Positions 9,524 through 18,986 of a stretch of DNA of 64,000 bases are shown here, piece after piece. The stretch spans positions 78,794 through 142,793 of the forward strand of contig CAIODZ010000021.1 in assembly GCA_903857265.1 (NCBI GenBank), written 5' to 3'. Position 1 is the stretch's first letter; every line of letters starts with the position of its first letter. Source of the stretch: an uncultured Phycisphaerales bacterium (GTDB lineage: Bacteria > Planctomycetota > Phycisphaerae > Sedimentisphaerales > Anaerobacaceae). The position numbers were made by a program, and so were the translations under genes. Under the pieces are notes generated by a model, which saw only the letters and a program-made list of their open reading frames with translations, ran no database searches and was not told the origin of the DNA.

Positions 9524-10141
9524 TTACCCTTTATCCATAATGGTTGAGAAAATATTAGCGATTTGTTTGGACAAGCCCGATAAGTCGGAATTGTTATCGA
9601 CGATATTATCGGCGATACGTTTCTTTTTGTCCAGAGAAATCTGAAGATTTTCACGAATTTTTAGCTGGTCGGCCTCGAAAACACCTGTTTTTTTGGCCCT
9701 TTCAAGGCGTATTGGGGGTGTGCAATCGACAAAAATGATGTGGTCGCAACGTTTTTCCCAGCCGACTTCGACCAAAAGCGGTATATCAAGGACGATTGCC
9801 CTGACGGCTAACTGGGAACCACACTGTGTTATCAACTCTTCGACGCGGGCCATAATGAGAGGGTGCAGTATGCCTGTGAGGGTGGCCAGTTTTGCTGGGT
9901 CGCCGAAGACCCTGTTTGCCAGGTCGGGCCTGCTGATTTTACCTTTGTCGTCGAGAATCTCTTTGCCGAATACGCGGACGATTTTTTTGAGAACGTCTTT
10001 TTCTTCGAGGAGTTGATGAGATATGGCGTCGGCATCGATAACAGCACACCCGAGCTTTGCCAGTTCAGCCGCTACGGTGCTCTTGCCGGAATACATTCCG
10101 CCCAGGATGCCAATCACAGGTTTTTTTCCGCGTTTGTCCAC
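9524..10141 (-). CDS. coaE: dephospho-CoA kinase
   Basis: P-loop GILGGMYSGKST and about 200 aa of CoaE-like layout. Confidence 0.9.
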   Translation of the reverse strand: MDKRGKKPVIGILGGMYSGKSTVAAELAKLGCAVIDADAISHQLLEEKDVLKKIVRVFGKEILDDKGKISRPDLANRVFGDPAKLATLTGILHPLIMARVEELITQCGSQLAVRAIVLDIPLLVEVGWEKRCDHIIFVDCTPPIRLERAKKTGVFEADQLKIRENLQISLDKKKRIADNIVDNNSDLSGLSKQIANIFSTIMDKG

Positions 10142-10239
10142 AGAAACCGTAATTTATAATTTATCCGCGGAATAGTCAAGCAGGAAACACCATTGCGGGC
10201 TTTATAAAGGTGAGGAAAAATGGTAAGTTGGCTGACTAT

Positions 10240-10470
10240 ATGAAAAGCAGATGTCCTGTATGTAATAAGGTTATCGATAAGGCAACCCGGCAGGATAGCC
10301 GGGATGGGAAGTTTTACCCCTTCTGCAGCAACCGATGCAAACTGATAGACCTGGGAAAATGGTTCGACGGCAATTACAGGATAGCTGCACAAGCTAATGA
10401 AGAAGAGGAACCAGGCGAAGGCGAACAGGCCGCCAAAGCGGACAACCAGGACAAAACCGAAAACGGTTGA
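10240..10470 (+). CDS. yacG: DNA gyrase inhibitor YacG-like zinc-finger protein
   Basis: CPVC...PFCSNRCKLIDLGKW motif. I prefer the ATG at 10240 over the GTG at 10210. The C-terminal tail is acidic. Confidence 0.8.
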   Translation: MKSRCPVCNKVIDKATRQDSRDGKFYPFCSNRCKLIDLGKWFDGNYRIAAQANEEEEPGEGEQAAKADNQDKTENG

Positions 10471-10566
10471 CAAGCTGCAACTATCCGCCAATAATACGGT
10501 TGTGATATTGCAGCATTGATTCGGAGCGTGTTGCAGGTCAATCGAAGCTGTTTGAAAGGAATCGAA

Positions 10567-11823
10567 ATGAACGGCGAAAACCAGGCGGGCATAATTCTCG
10601 ACAGCTTGCTGTTTCCGAGGATATTCCGCAGCTTCCGGATGGCGATACAGCCGAGCAAACTGATAATCGCGTTTTGCATGATAGCGATGACGGGCTTAGT
10701 CGGCTGGCTTATGGATTTGTCGAAGACAGTGGTAACAACGCCGGGGACAAACGGCATCGAGACGGAGCTTAACCTCTTCCTCAACGCACCGGAACGACTC
10801 GACTCGTATATCGAAAAAAACGCCGATACCGAACACCACAGGGGAGTATTTTCGACGATGTGGGGTTTCGGTATCGCAAAGTTTCACGGCTCACTAAAAG
10901 CTATTTTCAGATTCGACCTGTTCGGCATTCTGGATAAGACCGTTGAGTTCCTGTACGCGGTAAAATGGGCAATCCGGTATCACTTAGTTTACTGCCTGAT
11001 TTTCGCGGTGATAAATCTGAGCATCGCTGCGGTTGGCGGCGGCGCGATATGCCGAATCGCCGCGTTACAATTCGCACAAAATGAAAAACCCGGAATCACA
11101 GAATCGCTGCGATTCAGCACAAAAAGATTCACGAGCTTCTTCGGAACACCCATCGTGCCTATGATAATAATCGCAATCGCCGGCATCTGCGTAGTGTCGA
11201 TTGGCCTGATAAGCAATATCCCGTTTGGCCTGGGAGAGATTGGCACAGGGCTTTTAATGCTGCCCGCCCTTGCCGCCGGGGCAATCATAGCCGCCGTCCT
11301 GCTGGGCGTTATCGGCGGACTGAATTTGGCATTCCCCGCCGTCGCGTATGACGGCTCCGACGGTCTCGACGCCATCAGCCGCTCATTCAACTACGTTTAC
11401 GCCAAACCATGGCGACTTGGCTTTTACACTGCAATAGCCGTAATCTACGGCGCTATTTGTTATATCTTTGTTCGCTTCTTCGCGTTTCTGCTTTTGTGGT
11501 CAACATACAGGGGACTTCGCGTGGGAGCTATTACGCAAAGCGCCCGCGGCCTGCCGGACAAAATTGCCGCGATTTGGCCTGAACCGACTTTTCCCCGCCT
11601 GCTGGCATACTCTCAGGCAACCGGCAGCAGTTCGGAGTCAATAGCGGCGGTCCTGGTATATCTTTCCGCTCTTGTAATCGTCGGCCTGGTGGCATCATTC
11701 ATAATCAGCTTTTATTTCTCATCGAACACCGTGATATACGCGTTAATGCGAAATCAGGTGGATGAGACGCCGCTGGAGACGGTTTACACCGAGACATCGG
11801 AAATAAAAGACCCGTCCGCCTGA
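10567..11823 (+). CDS. polytopic inner-membrane protein, unknown function
   Basis: At least 7 hydrophobic segments. The ATG at 10567 is preceded by AAGGAA. No motif recognised. Confidence 0.7.
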   Translation: MNGENQAGIILDSLLFPRIFRSFRMAIQPSKLIIAFCMIAMTGLVGWLMDLSKTVVTTPGTNGIETELNLFLNAPERLDSYIEKNADTEHHRGVFSTMWGFGIAKFHGSLKAIFRFDLFGILDKTVEFLYAVKWAIRYHLVYCLIFAVINLSIAAVGGGAICRIAALQFAQNEKPGITESLRFSTKRFTSFFGTPIVPMIIIAIAGICVVSIGLISNIPFGLGEIGTGLLMLPALAAGAIIAAVLLGVIGGLNLAFPAVAYDGSDGLDAISRSFNYVYAKPWRLGFYTAIAVIYGAICYIFVRFFAFLLLWSTYRGLRVGAITQSARGLPDKIAAIWPEPTFPRLLAYSQATGSSSESIAAVLVYLSALVIVGLVASFIISFYFSSNTVIYALMRNQVDETPLETVYTETSEIKDPSA

Positions 11824-11943
11824 GTTGACCGCCGACCGTTGAAACTGTAAGATAATGCCAAAATTGTTATGAATATAATGTTTTAAAACGCCACACCGGA
11901 TGTCCGATAAACACACCGGCAGCATTTCCGGGCAGCCGTTTAA

Positions 11944-11972
11944 GTGACAATAGAAGGGTATATCTTTATAAT
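11944..11972 (+). promoter_or_regulatory. candidate sigma70-type promoter of the CapD-like gene
   Basis: GTGACA (11944-11949), a 17-nt spacer, then TATAAT (11967-11972), about 30 nt upstream of the ATG at 12003. Confidence 0.4.
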
Positions 11973-12002
11973 GCAGGTGGCTTGACCTGCCGATACTAAG
12001 TT

Positions 12003-13955
12003 ATGACTGAATTAAACGCTGATAACCAGACAAATTATAAAACCGCAAATCCGGCGGCTTCCCAATCCGCGCCTAATGCGATTTTGAAGTTTCGCAGGCC
12101 TCTTATAGTACTGGCGCATCTTGTAGCGTTCGCGGTGTCACTGCTGCTGTCTTTCCTGGCAACATCGAATATGCAGCTCCAGGCAGAGTGGCTGACAAAG
12201 CAATATCCGGCCCTGCTGGTATTGGCCCTTATCATCAAAACAGTGATTTTCGGACTCTTCAAGCAGTATCGCGGGTGGTGGCGATACGTCGGGATATCGG
12301 ATTTGACGGGCATAGTGAGGGCGTCGCTTGTCAGCACAATGCTGCTATTCGGGGTGTGGGTAGCGGGGCTGTATATCGACCCTGTCCGAAAAAGCATTCC
12401 GAATATATTTGATGTCAGTCAGGCGGTATTTGTAGTGGATATGTTCTGCACCATATTACTCCTCGCCGGGCTTCGCATGGTCATTCGGCTGTATTACGAG
12501 GAATTCCGCACGGTCGAAACGGGCAAACTAAAGCGATTTTTGATTGTGGGAGCAGGCAACACCGGCGAATCACTTCTGCGAGAGATTCATCGAATGACCG
12601 TGGCCGAATATGACGTGGTGGGTTTCATCGACGACGACCCCGCCAAGCAGGGCATCCGCATACATGATATACCGGTCCTGGGGACAGTTGAGCAGCTTCC
12701 TGAGATATGCAGGGAGAAAAACATCGAGGAAGTTGCCATCGCGATGCCGTCGGCGACAGTTCCCCAGCGAAGACGCGTTGTGCAGGTCTGCCAGGGTACA
12801 AAGGTCCGCTTCAGGACGGTCCCGTCGATGACGGATATCGCGGGGGGCAAATTCAGGGTTTCGCAGATTCGCGACGTGGATATTAACGACCTGCTGGGAC
12901 GCGAGGCAATACAGCTCGATACGGATTTGATAGAGGCATTCATAAAAGGTAAAACGATTTTAGTCACCGGCGCGGGCGGCTCAATCGGCTCGGAAATGTG
13001 CCGACAGATTTGCCGTTTCGGGCCTAAACTGCTGCTGCTCGTCGAGCAGGCGGAGAACCCGCTGTTCTATATTGAGCGTGAGCTTCGTGAAACATTCCCG
13101 GATATCGCTATGACTGCGGTTGTGTGCGACATCACCGACCAAAGTCGAGTTGAGGGTATTTTCGAGAAATACAGGCCTGAAATAATCATACACGCTGCGG
13201 CGCACAAACACGTGCCTTTGATGGAAGGCAACCCGGGTGAGGCGATTAAAAACAACGTCGTGGGCAGCCGCACGGTCGCGGATGCCGCGGATAAATTCGA
13301 CGCAGGCAACTTCATTATGATAAGCACCGACAAAGCGGTCAATCCCACCAGCATTATGGGGTCATCCAAGCGAATCGCGGAAACTTATGTGCAGGACCTC
13401 AACAGGACAAGCAAAACGCATTTTGTTACGGTGCGGTTCGGCAACGTGCTCGGCTCCGACGGCTCGGTTGTCCCAATCTTCAAAAAGCAGATTGCACAGG
13501 GAGGCCCCGTAACGGTAACGCATCCGGAAATGAAACGCTATTTTATGACAATACCCGAAGCCAGCCAGCTTGTCCTTCAGGCGGCCTCGATGGGCAAAGG
13601 CGGCGAGATTTTCCTGCTCGATATGGGCGAGCCGGTGAAGATTGTCGATTTGGCGACGGAATTGATTACCTTAAGCGGCTTCAGGCCGGGCGTTGATATC
13701 GAGATAATTTTCACGGGATTACGTCCAGGCGAAAAGCTCTTCGAGGAGCTTTCGATAAAAGGCGAGGATATGCAGGAAACCAGGCACCCCAAAATCGGTA
13801 TCTGGAAAAATATCCCGATGGACCGCGACCGGCTGCGGGCGAAAATAGAGGAACTCGTGGCAGTTGCTAAAATCGGCGAGCGAGCCGCTATAGTGGCAAA
13901 GATTAAAGAGCTTGTTCCCGAATACATCGGCGGCAACGGCAACAACGCAAGTTAA
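12003..13955 (+). CDS. membrane-anchored NDP-sugar 4,6-dehydratase/epimerase (CapD/WbpM/PglF family)
   Basis: N-terminal TM helices, two Rossmann motifs (VGAGNTGE; VTGAGGSIGSE) and HAAAHKHVPLME. Confidence 0.9.
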   Translation: MTELNADNQTNYKTANPAASQSAPNAILKFRRPLIVLAHLVAFAVSLLLSFLATSNMQLQAEWLTKQYPALLVLALIIKTVIFGLFKQYRGWWRYVGISDLTGIVRASLVSTMLLFGVWVAGLYIDPVRKSIPNIFDVSQAVFVVDMFCTILLLAGLRMVIRLYYEEFRTVETGKLKRFLIVGAGNTGESLLREIHRMTVAEYDVVGFIDDDPAKQGIRIHDIPVLGTVEQLPEICREKNIEEVAIAMPSATVPQRRRVVQVCQGTKVRFRTVPSMTDIAGGKFRVSQIRDVDINDLLGREAIQLDTDLIEAFIKGKTILVTGAGGSIGSEMCRQICRFGPKLLLLVEQAENPLFYIERELRETFPDIAMTAVVCDITDQSRVEGIFEKYRPEIIIHAAAHKHVPLMEGNPGEAIKNNVVGSRTVADAADKFDAGNFIMISTDKAVNPTSIMGSSKRIAETYVQDLNRTSKTHFVTVRFGNVLGSDGSVVPIFKKQIAQGGPVTVTHPEMKRYFMTIPEASQLVLQAASMGKGGEIFLLDMGEPVKIVDLATELITLSGFRPGVDIEIIFTGLRPGEKLFEELSIKGEDMQETRHPKIGIWKNIPMDRDRLRAKIEELVAVAKIGERAAIVAKIKELVPEYIGGNGNNAS

Positions 13956-13983
13956 TCCGACATATTCAACTATCTGAAAAGCA

Positions 13984-14019
13984 AAAGGGCCGGCGATAAT
14001 CGTCGGCCCTTGTTTTTTT
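13984..14019. terminator. bidirectional intrinsic terminator between convergent genes
   Basis: The arms AAAGGGCCG and CGGCCCTT flank a short central stem-loop (CGATAATCG), followed by GTTTTTTT. On the other strand the hairpin is followed by TTTTGC. Confidence 0.6.
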
Positions 14020-14036
14020 AGCACTGTAAAATCCGA

Positions 14037-15059
14037 TTAGTTTTCAGATTTCGGCGGTTCGTTTTCCCTCGGATGCGCTGCGGAGTAAACTTCCTTTATC
14101 TTGCCTGTCGTCAGGTGCGTGTATATCTGGGTGGTTGAAAGTGACTGATGGCCTAACAATTCCTGAACGCTGCGAAGGTCTGCGCCGCGATTGAGCATAT
14201 GGGTAGCAAAACTGTGCCGCAGGGTATGCGGACTGATTGCGGGGTCGAGACCTGCCATTTTGAGGTATTTATCCATTTTCCGGCGGACGCTTCGGGTGCT
14301 GAGGCGTTTGCCGTGCTTATTGACGAACAGGACCTTGCCGTCGAAGTTGCCGTTGAGCTGGGCGCGTTTGTTCCTGAACTCCATATAATGCTGGACGATT
14401 TGCAGGACTGAGGAGCTGATGGGGCAGATTCTTTCTTTTTTGCCCTTGCCCCTGATGTGAACGACTTCGCCGAGGAAGTCGATATCTTCGAGGTTAAGCG
14501 CGACAATTTCGCTTACCCGCATACCGGTGCTGTAAAGCGTTTCCATAATCGCCCTGTCGCGTGCACCGAGCCAGCTATCGGTCGGCGGCGTTTCGAGCAG
14601 GCGTTTTACCTGTTCATATTCGAGGAAACGCGGAAGACGTTTTTCCTGCTTCGGCGTGCGTATGCCGACCACCGGGTTCGAGCTTACGCGGTTTCTTTTG
14701 ACTAAGAACTTATAGAAGCTGCGAAGGGTCGCGAGCTTTCGTGCGATTGTCGCCTTGGAGTATTGCTTTTCATTCAGCGACGCCATATACGACCTTATGG
14801 CATTAACATCGGCTGATGCGAGCAGCTGGTCAATATCGACTTTGGGCTGGGTCGCGACCGCGGTAGCTATTCCGGAGTCGTGAGAGCCAAGCCCGTCGTC
14901 GTGGCCGTGCACATCGGGGCCGCCTGCGTCGCCGTGGCCGGTGAGGAATGCACCGAACTGGAGCAAGTCAACACCGTAGCACTTGGCCGTATGGGGGCTG
15001 AAACGTTTTTCGAACTGGAGGTAGTTCAAAAAGTCCTGGATAATTATGCTGTCTTCCAT
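14037..15059 (-). CDS. tyrosine recombinase, XerC/XerD family
   Basis: HTLRHSFATHML and LLGHQSLSTTQIYTH catalytic boxes. A His/Asp/Gly-rich insertion (GHGDAGGPDVHGHDDGLGSHDSG) sits in the N-terminal domain. Confidence 0.85.
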   Translation of the reverse strand: MEDSIIIQDFLNYLQFEKRFSPHTAKCYGVDLLQFGAFLTGHGDAGGPDVHGHDDGLGSHDSGIATAVATQPKVDIDQLLASADVNAIRSYMASLNEKQYSKATIARKLATLRSFYKFLVKRNRVSSNPVVGIRTPKQEKRLPRFLEYEQVKRLLETPPTDSWLGARDRAIMETLYSTGMRVSEIVALNLEDIDFLGEVVHIRGKGKKERICPISSSVLQIVQHYMEFRNKRAQLNGNFDGKVLFVNKHGKRLSTRSVRRKMDKYLKMAGLDPAISPHTLRHSFATHMLNRGADLRSVQELLGHQSLSTTQIYTHLTTGKIKEVYSAAHPRENEPPKSEN

Positions 15060-15124
15060 AATTTGTCCGCCTTTATCACAAACAAAAAATTGCGAGCTGC
15101 CGGAAAGGCCTCGCGGTTTTTGGT

Positions 15125-15433
15125 TTATTGTTTAACTTTTACCTTATCAGCAATTAGTTCGTCGGCCTGACCTATAAGGGACTGCGTAAGCTTGAAACTC
15201 AGGACGGCGGCATCGAACCAGTCGAAATCGGTCCGGCCGCTTCTGGCCTGGTCAACAAGGACATCCAGCAATTTATCCTCAGAGCCGGATTCATAACGGA
15301 AGATAAACTTCTGTTTGCCCTTTTTGAGAATGAGTTGTTTGCTTGCTTTACTCACAGCAACCAGGTTCCTTCCATTTAAACAATCTACAGGGACGACATT
15401 CCCCTTTTCTTTATCGGTCGTAACACGGAACAC
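15125..15433 (-). CDS. hypothetical protein (102 aa, GTG start)
   Basis: An ORF with sensible composition between xer and the radical-SAM gene. No motif recognised. Confidence 0.45.
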   Translation of the reverse strand: MFRVTTDKEKGNVVPVDCLNGRNLVAVSKASKQLILKKGKQKFIFRYESGSEDKLLDVLVDQARSGRTDFDWFDAAVLSFKLTQSLIGQADELIADKVKVKQ

Positions 15434-15601
15434 TTAAGTGGCCGGGCATAATTTTTTTCACCGGAGGCGATAATATCGCCGCTGGCTAAAAGGCCACAGG
15501 AGTTTTATCGGCCAATAGGCCACAGGTCTTTACAAATTGAAGAGGATTGTTGCGATATTTTGGAGGTATTTCACGGTCGCAATAGCTTACGGCCGTTGCG
15601 G

Positions 15602-16534
15602 TTAAAACGCCCCGAAAAACGTTTTACCCTGCTTGTTTTCGGACCATATTACCCCCTGGTCTTTAAGCTCGTCGAGATAGACCATCGCATCGGCAACATC
15701 GAGGCCAAGGACCGAGCAGACGTCGTTTAGTGAACAAGGTCTGCGTTTCAGCATTGATAACAGGGCTTGAGGGATATCGGAGGCAGTTTTTCGGCAGTGT
15801 CCGGATACGAAATCCGCAATAACTTCACAATTAGGGGAAAGCCGGCGGGCTATTTCTTCGAGCTTGTCGGGGGCCACTTTTTCGACATTTTTTTCGGCGG
15901 TCGGCCTGACGGCGGTATTCAAATGGACCTTGTCGGGACGAATTTTTTTAATCGCCTCGGAAATTTTGGTAATTTGAGCATCATCGGTGTTCAATTTATC
16001 AACGAAAAAAACCTCAAGCCAGATTTGGCCTGGATAATCCCTTTTTAATGCGCACAAGCCCTCTACAAGCATATCAAAAGTAAGCTGTTCGACCGGGCGA
16101 TTGATGGCCTCATAGGTTTTCTGGTCGCCCGCGTCCAAAGACGGCAAAATCACATCGGCATCGACACAATCTTTCCTGACCTCGGGCAGGTAAAAAAGCG
16201 TGCCGTTTGTAAGGACAGCCACGGGAATAGAGGTTAGTTTTTTGATACCCTTTATTAGGCGGCCGATACCTGAATGCAGGGTGGGTTCGCCTGAGCCGCC
16301 GAGGGTTATGTAGTCGGCTGCAAGACCAGCATCCAGAACCTCCTGCAGTTCGTCGAGAATTTCGCTGACCGGCACATATTCTTTTCGCTCCATTGTTTTG
16401 CAGGTGGTCTTGCCGAGCTGGCAATAAACACAATCAAGGGTGCAGGTCTTGAAAGGGACGATATCTACGCCCAAACTGAGTCCCAGCCGACGAGAGGGCA
16501 CCGGCCCATAAAGATGTTTGCCCGTGTTAGCCAT
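15602..16534 (-). CDS. radical SAM protein with a C-terminal winged-helix-like tail
   Basis: YGPVPSRRLG...CTLDCVYCQ (CxxxCxxC) near the N-terminus, plus GGSGEPTL. Confidence 0.85.
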   Translation of the reverse strand: MANTGKHLYGPVPSRRLGLSLGVDIVPFKTCTLDCVYCQLGKTTCKTMERKEYVPVSEILDELQEVLDAGLAADYITLGGSGEPTLHSGIGRLIKGIKKLTSIPVAVLTNGTLFYLPEVRKDCVDADVILPSLDAGDQKTYEAINRPVEQLTFDMLVEGLCALKRDYPGQIWLEVFFVDKLNTDDAQITKISEAIKKIRPDKVHLNTAVRPTAEKNVEKVAPDKLEEIARRLSPNCEVIADFVSGHCRKTASDIPQALLSMLKRRPCSLNDVCSVLGLDVADAMVYLDELKDQGVIWSENKQGKTFFGAF

Positions 16535-16537
16535 TTC

Positions 16538-17416
16538 TCACTCCCCGCCGGCTATTTCGAAGATTCTTCTGCAATCCGTTAGCAATTCTTCGACCCATTC
16601 GATGGGCATAACGACAGCGGAGTCGGATTTGGCCTGCCGAGGGTTGGTATGGACTTCAAGGAAAAGGGCATTTGCGCCTGCGGCAATCGCTGCTTTTGCG
16701 AGGATGGGGGCGAATTGCCGCCTGCCTCCCGTCGCATTGCCCAGGCCGCCCGGCTGCTGGGTGCTGTGGGTGGCGTCGAAGACCACGGGGCAGCCAAGCC
16801 CCTTCATAATACTGATAGCGGTCATATCGTTGACGAGTCGATTGTAGCCGAAGAACGTGCCGCGTTCAGTGAGCATTATTTTGTCGTTGCCGCACGAGCG
16901 AATCTTCTCGACGACGTTGGTCATCTCTTCGGGCGAGAGGAACTGCCCTTTTTTGACGTTTACTGGCTTGCCCGTCTCGGCGCAGGCGCAGAGCAAATCG
17001 GTCTGTCTGCACAGAAAAGCGGGAATCTGAAGGGCATCGACAACTTTGGCGACCTTTTCGGCCTGCTCGGGCAGGTGAACGTCGGTCATAACGGGCAATT
17101 TAACCTTATCCCGCACGGCAGCTAAGATTTCGAGACCTTTTTTCAGCCCAGGCCCTCGAAAACTGGAAACGCTGCTGCGGTTGGCCTTGTCGAAACTTGC
17201 CTTGTAAATAACGCCTATGCCTGTGCGTGAAGAAATATCCGCGAGCCGATTAGCGATATCAAGGCAGATTTGCTTCGTCTCGATTACACAAGGGCCTGCG
17301 ATTAGAAACATCGGGGCCTTGAGGCCGATGTCGACAGAACCGATTTTAAAGGTTTTAGCTCGCATATTCGTTACCTGTGATTGGGCAATTATCCCCGACA
17401 GGGAGCTGTTTGTCAA
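16538..17416 (-). CDS. kdsA: 3-deoxy-8-phosphooctulonate (KDO8P) synthase
   Basis: KASFDKANRSS, TDVH and LCRQTDLL motifs. The true start may be the internal Met at 17365. Confidence 0.9.
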   Translation of the reverse strand: MTNSSLSGIIAQSQVTNMRAKTFKIGSVDIGLKAPMFLIAGPCVIETKQICLDIANRLADISSRTGIGVIYKASFDKANRSSVSSFRGPGLKKGLEILAAVRDKVKLPVMTDVHLPEQAEKVAKVVDALQIPAFLCRQTDLLCACAETGKPVNVKKGQFLSPEEMTNVVEKIRSCGNDKIMLTERGTFFGYNRLVNDMTAISIMKGLGCPVVFDATHSTQQPGGLGNATGGRRQFAPILAKAAIAAGANALFLEVHTNPRQAKSDSAVVMPIEWVEELLTDCRRIFEIAGGE

Positions 17417-17420
17417 AGGG

Positions 17421-18377
17421 CTATTTCAACGCCCTTAGAATTTGCGCCCTGATGCCCGCGGGCTTGGCGCCCTCGGGAACCATCACACGCACCGCCTTGG
17501 GAATAATTGATATACTGACAGGCACATACGGGCCAGGGTCGCCGTCAATTTCGGTGGCCAGCTCAGGGTTCGGAGAATCAACGACAATATTTTTCCCCTG
17601 CCGATATATGACGTCTCTGGAGCCGTGATGCTGCTGAAAGATTGTCATAGCGGAATGCTTGACCAAATGCGTTCTGTGGGAGCACTTGTAAATGCAGACA
17701 TCAAGAAGGCCGTCGCTGTAGTCGGCGTGTTCAAGGATGTTAAGACCCAAGGCATACCTGGAGATGTTGCCGACAAAAACGAGGCCCTGCCCATCAAAAA
17801 TCTGCTCGCTATCGACCTCGACGGTAATCGGGTCGAAACGGTATTTCCAGAATGTCCGCCAGAGCGGCCAGAAGTAATCGAAATAATTGATGTGCCCGAT
17901 ACGATTGCTGCTGACTTCGGCAACCACCTCGCCGTCAAAGCCGAAACCGGCTATCGAGGTGAAACACTTGCCGTTGGCGGTGCCCAAATCGAAATCGCGA
18001 GTAAAACCCGCCTCGAAAGTTCGTGTCAGCGTTTTGAGCGACTTTTCGAGACCAAGCTCATTGGCAAGGAGATTTTCGGTTCCCCCCGGAACAATCAGCA
18101 GCGGTTTATCGCTGCCCGAAAGCCCGTGCGCAACTTCCCTGATAGTGCCGTCGCCTCCCACCGCGACAACCAGCGCACAGTCGGCGTCGCGGGCTGCGCT
18201 TGTGGCAAGCTCACAGGCGTGTCCAAGCGAACGCGTCAGATTCATACGGACTTCAAAGCCCCTGCCCTTCAGGTATTCCTCGAATCGTCGGCCGGGAAGC
18301 TTCTCGCCGGTGCTTGCGCCGGACTTGGGATTGATTATATAAGCGATATAACCGTCTTCTGGTTTAATTGCGCTCAT
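17421..18377 (-). CDS. diacylglycerol/lipid kinase family protein (YegS/BmrU-like)
   Basis: DAGK catalytic motif VVAVGGDGTIREV and GTENLLA. Confidence 0.85.
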   Translation of the reverse strand: MSAIKPEDGYIAYIINPKSGASTGEKLPGRRFEEYLKGRGFEVRMNLTRSLGHACELATSAARDADCALVVAVGGDGTIREVAHGLSGSDKPLLIVPGGTENLLANELGLEKSLKTLTRTFEAGFTRDFDLGTANGKCFTSIAGFGFDGEVVAEVSSNRIGHINYFDYFWPLWRTFWKYRFDPITVEVDSEQIFDGQGLVFVGNISRYALGLNILEHADYSDGLLDVCIYKCSHRTHLVKHSAMTIFQQHHGSRDVIYRQGKNIVVDSPNPELATEIDGDPGPYVPVSISIIPKAVRVMVPEGAKPAGIRAQILRALK

Positions 18378-18384
18378 AAAACTA

Positions 18385-18942
18385 TCAAAAGAAAACCCTG
18401 TTGTTTTTTCTTCCGCGTCGCCGGATCTGCTTTTGCATCAATGCGGCGTAACTCTGGTGTATGTGCGGCAAATCTTCCAGACCCAGCTTTTTCTGCACAG
18501 CAGCGATTTTCTTTTCGCCCGGCCCTTCTATTTCCACAAATTTCCCCAGAAGAGGCAATTCATCCAGCGCTATCTCACAATCGCCATAATGCCATGCACG
18601 ACGCTTCTTTTGATACACAAGCGTCCTTTTATATCCAATCGCACCCAAAAACATCTCCGCCAGACGAGCGTCGCTGACCTCGAACTGAATTTCCTGTCTC
18701 TGTTTGAATCGCCCTTCCCGTCTCGGTCCTTTGAAAGTTATCACGACCTGGTCTCTTCGACCAATTAACTGGTGGCGAAGACGCAACGCGCTGTCGAATT
18801 TTAGCAGAGATGATTTGGCGTCGTCGAAATAAGCATCGGTATGAAGCCGCTCCCGCAAAAATTCCGCGTTGAGGGCCTTCAACCTTTTTTCAATACCCTT
18901 AAACGAATCAACCTTCAGCTTCGCTTCGATTTCTATATACAT
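18385..18942 (-). CDS. CYTH-domain protein (class IV adenylate cyclase / triphosphatase-like)
   Basis: N-terminal EIEAK (ExExK) signature and about 180 aa of CYTH layout. Confidence 0.8.
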   Translation of the reverse strand: MYIEIEAKLKVDSFKGIEKRLKALNAEFLRERLHTDAYFDDAKSSLLKFDSALRLRHQLIGRRDQVVITFKGPRREGRFKQRQEIQFEVSDARLAEMFLGAIGYKRTLVYQKKRRAWHYGDCEIALDELPLLGKFVEIEGPGEKKIAAVQKKLGLEDLPHIHQSYAALMQKQIRRRGRKNNRVFF

Positions 18943-18986
18943 CTAAAATTTAGCTCCCCAATTTATTGGGGGGTTACTCAAGTACA

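Noticed and set aside
9213-9644. ORFs 9213..9422 (-) and 9441..9644 (+) between rho and coaE.
   Set aside because: The first lies in the expected long rho leader, and the second overlaps the 3' end of coaE on the opposite strand. Neither has an RBS or recognisable motifs.
14037-15059. Tyrosine recombinase as the integrase of a mobile element.
   Set aside because: It has the XerC/XerD-type boxes, sits between housekeeping genes behind a shared terminator, and has no flanking repeats, tRNA or cargo. It is most likely the chromosomal dimer-resolution recombinase.
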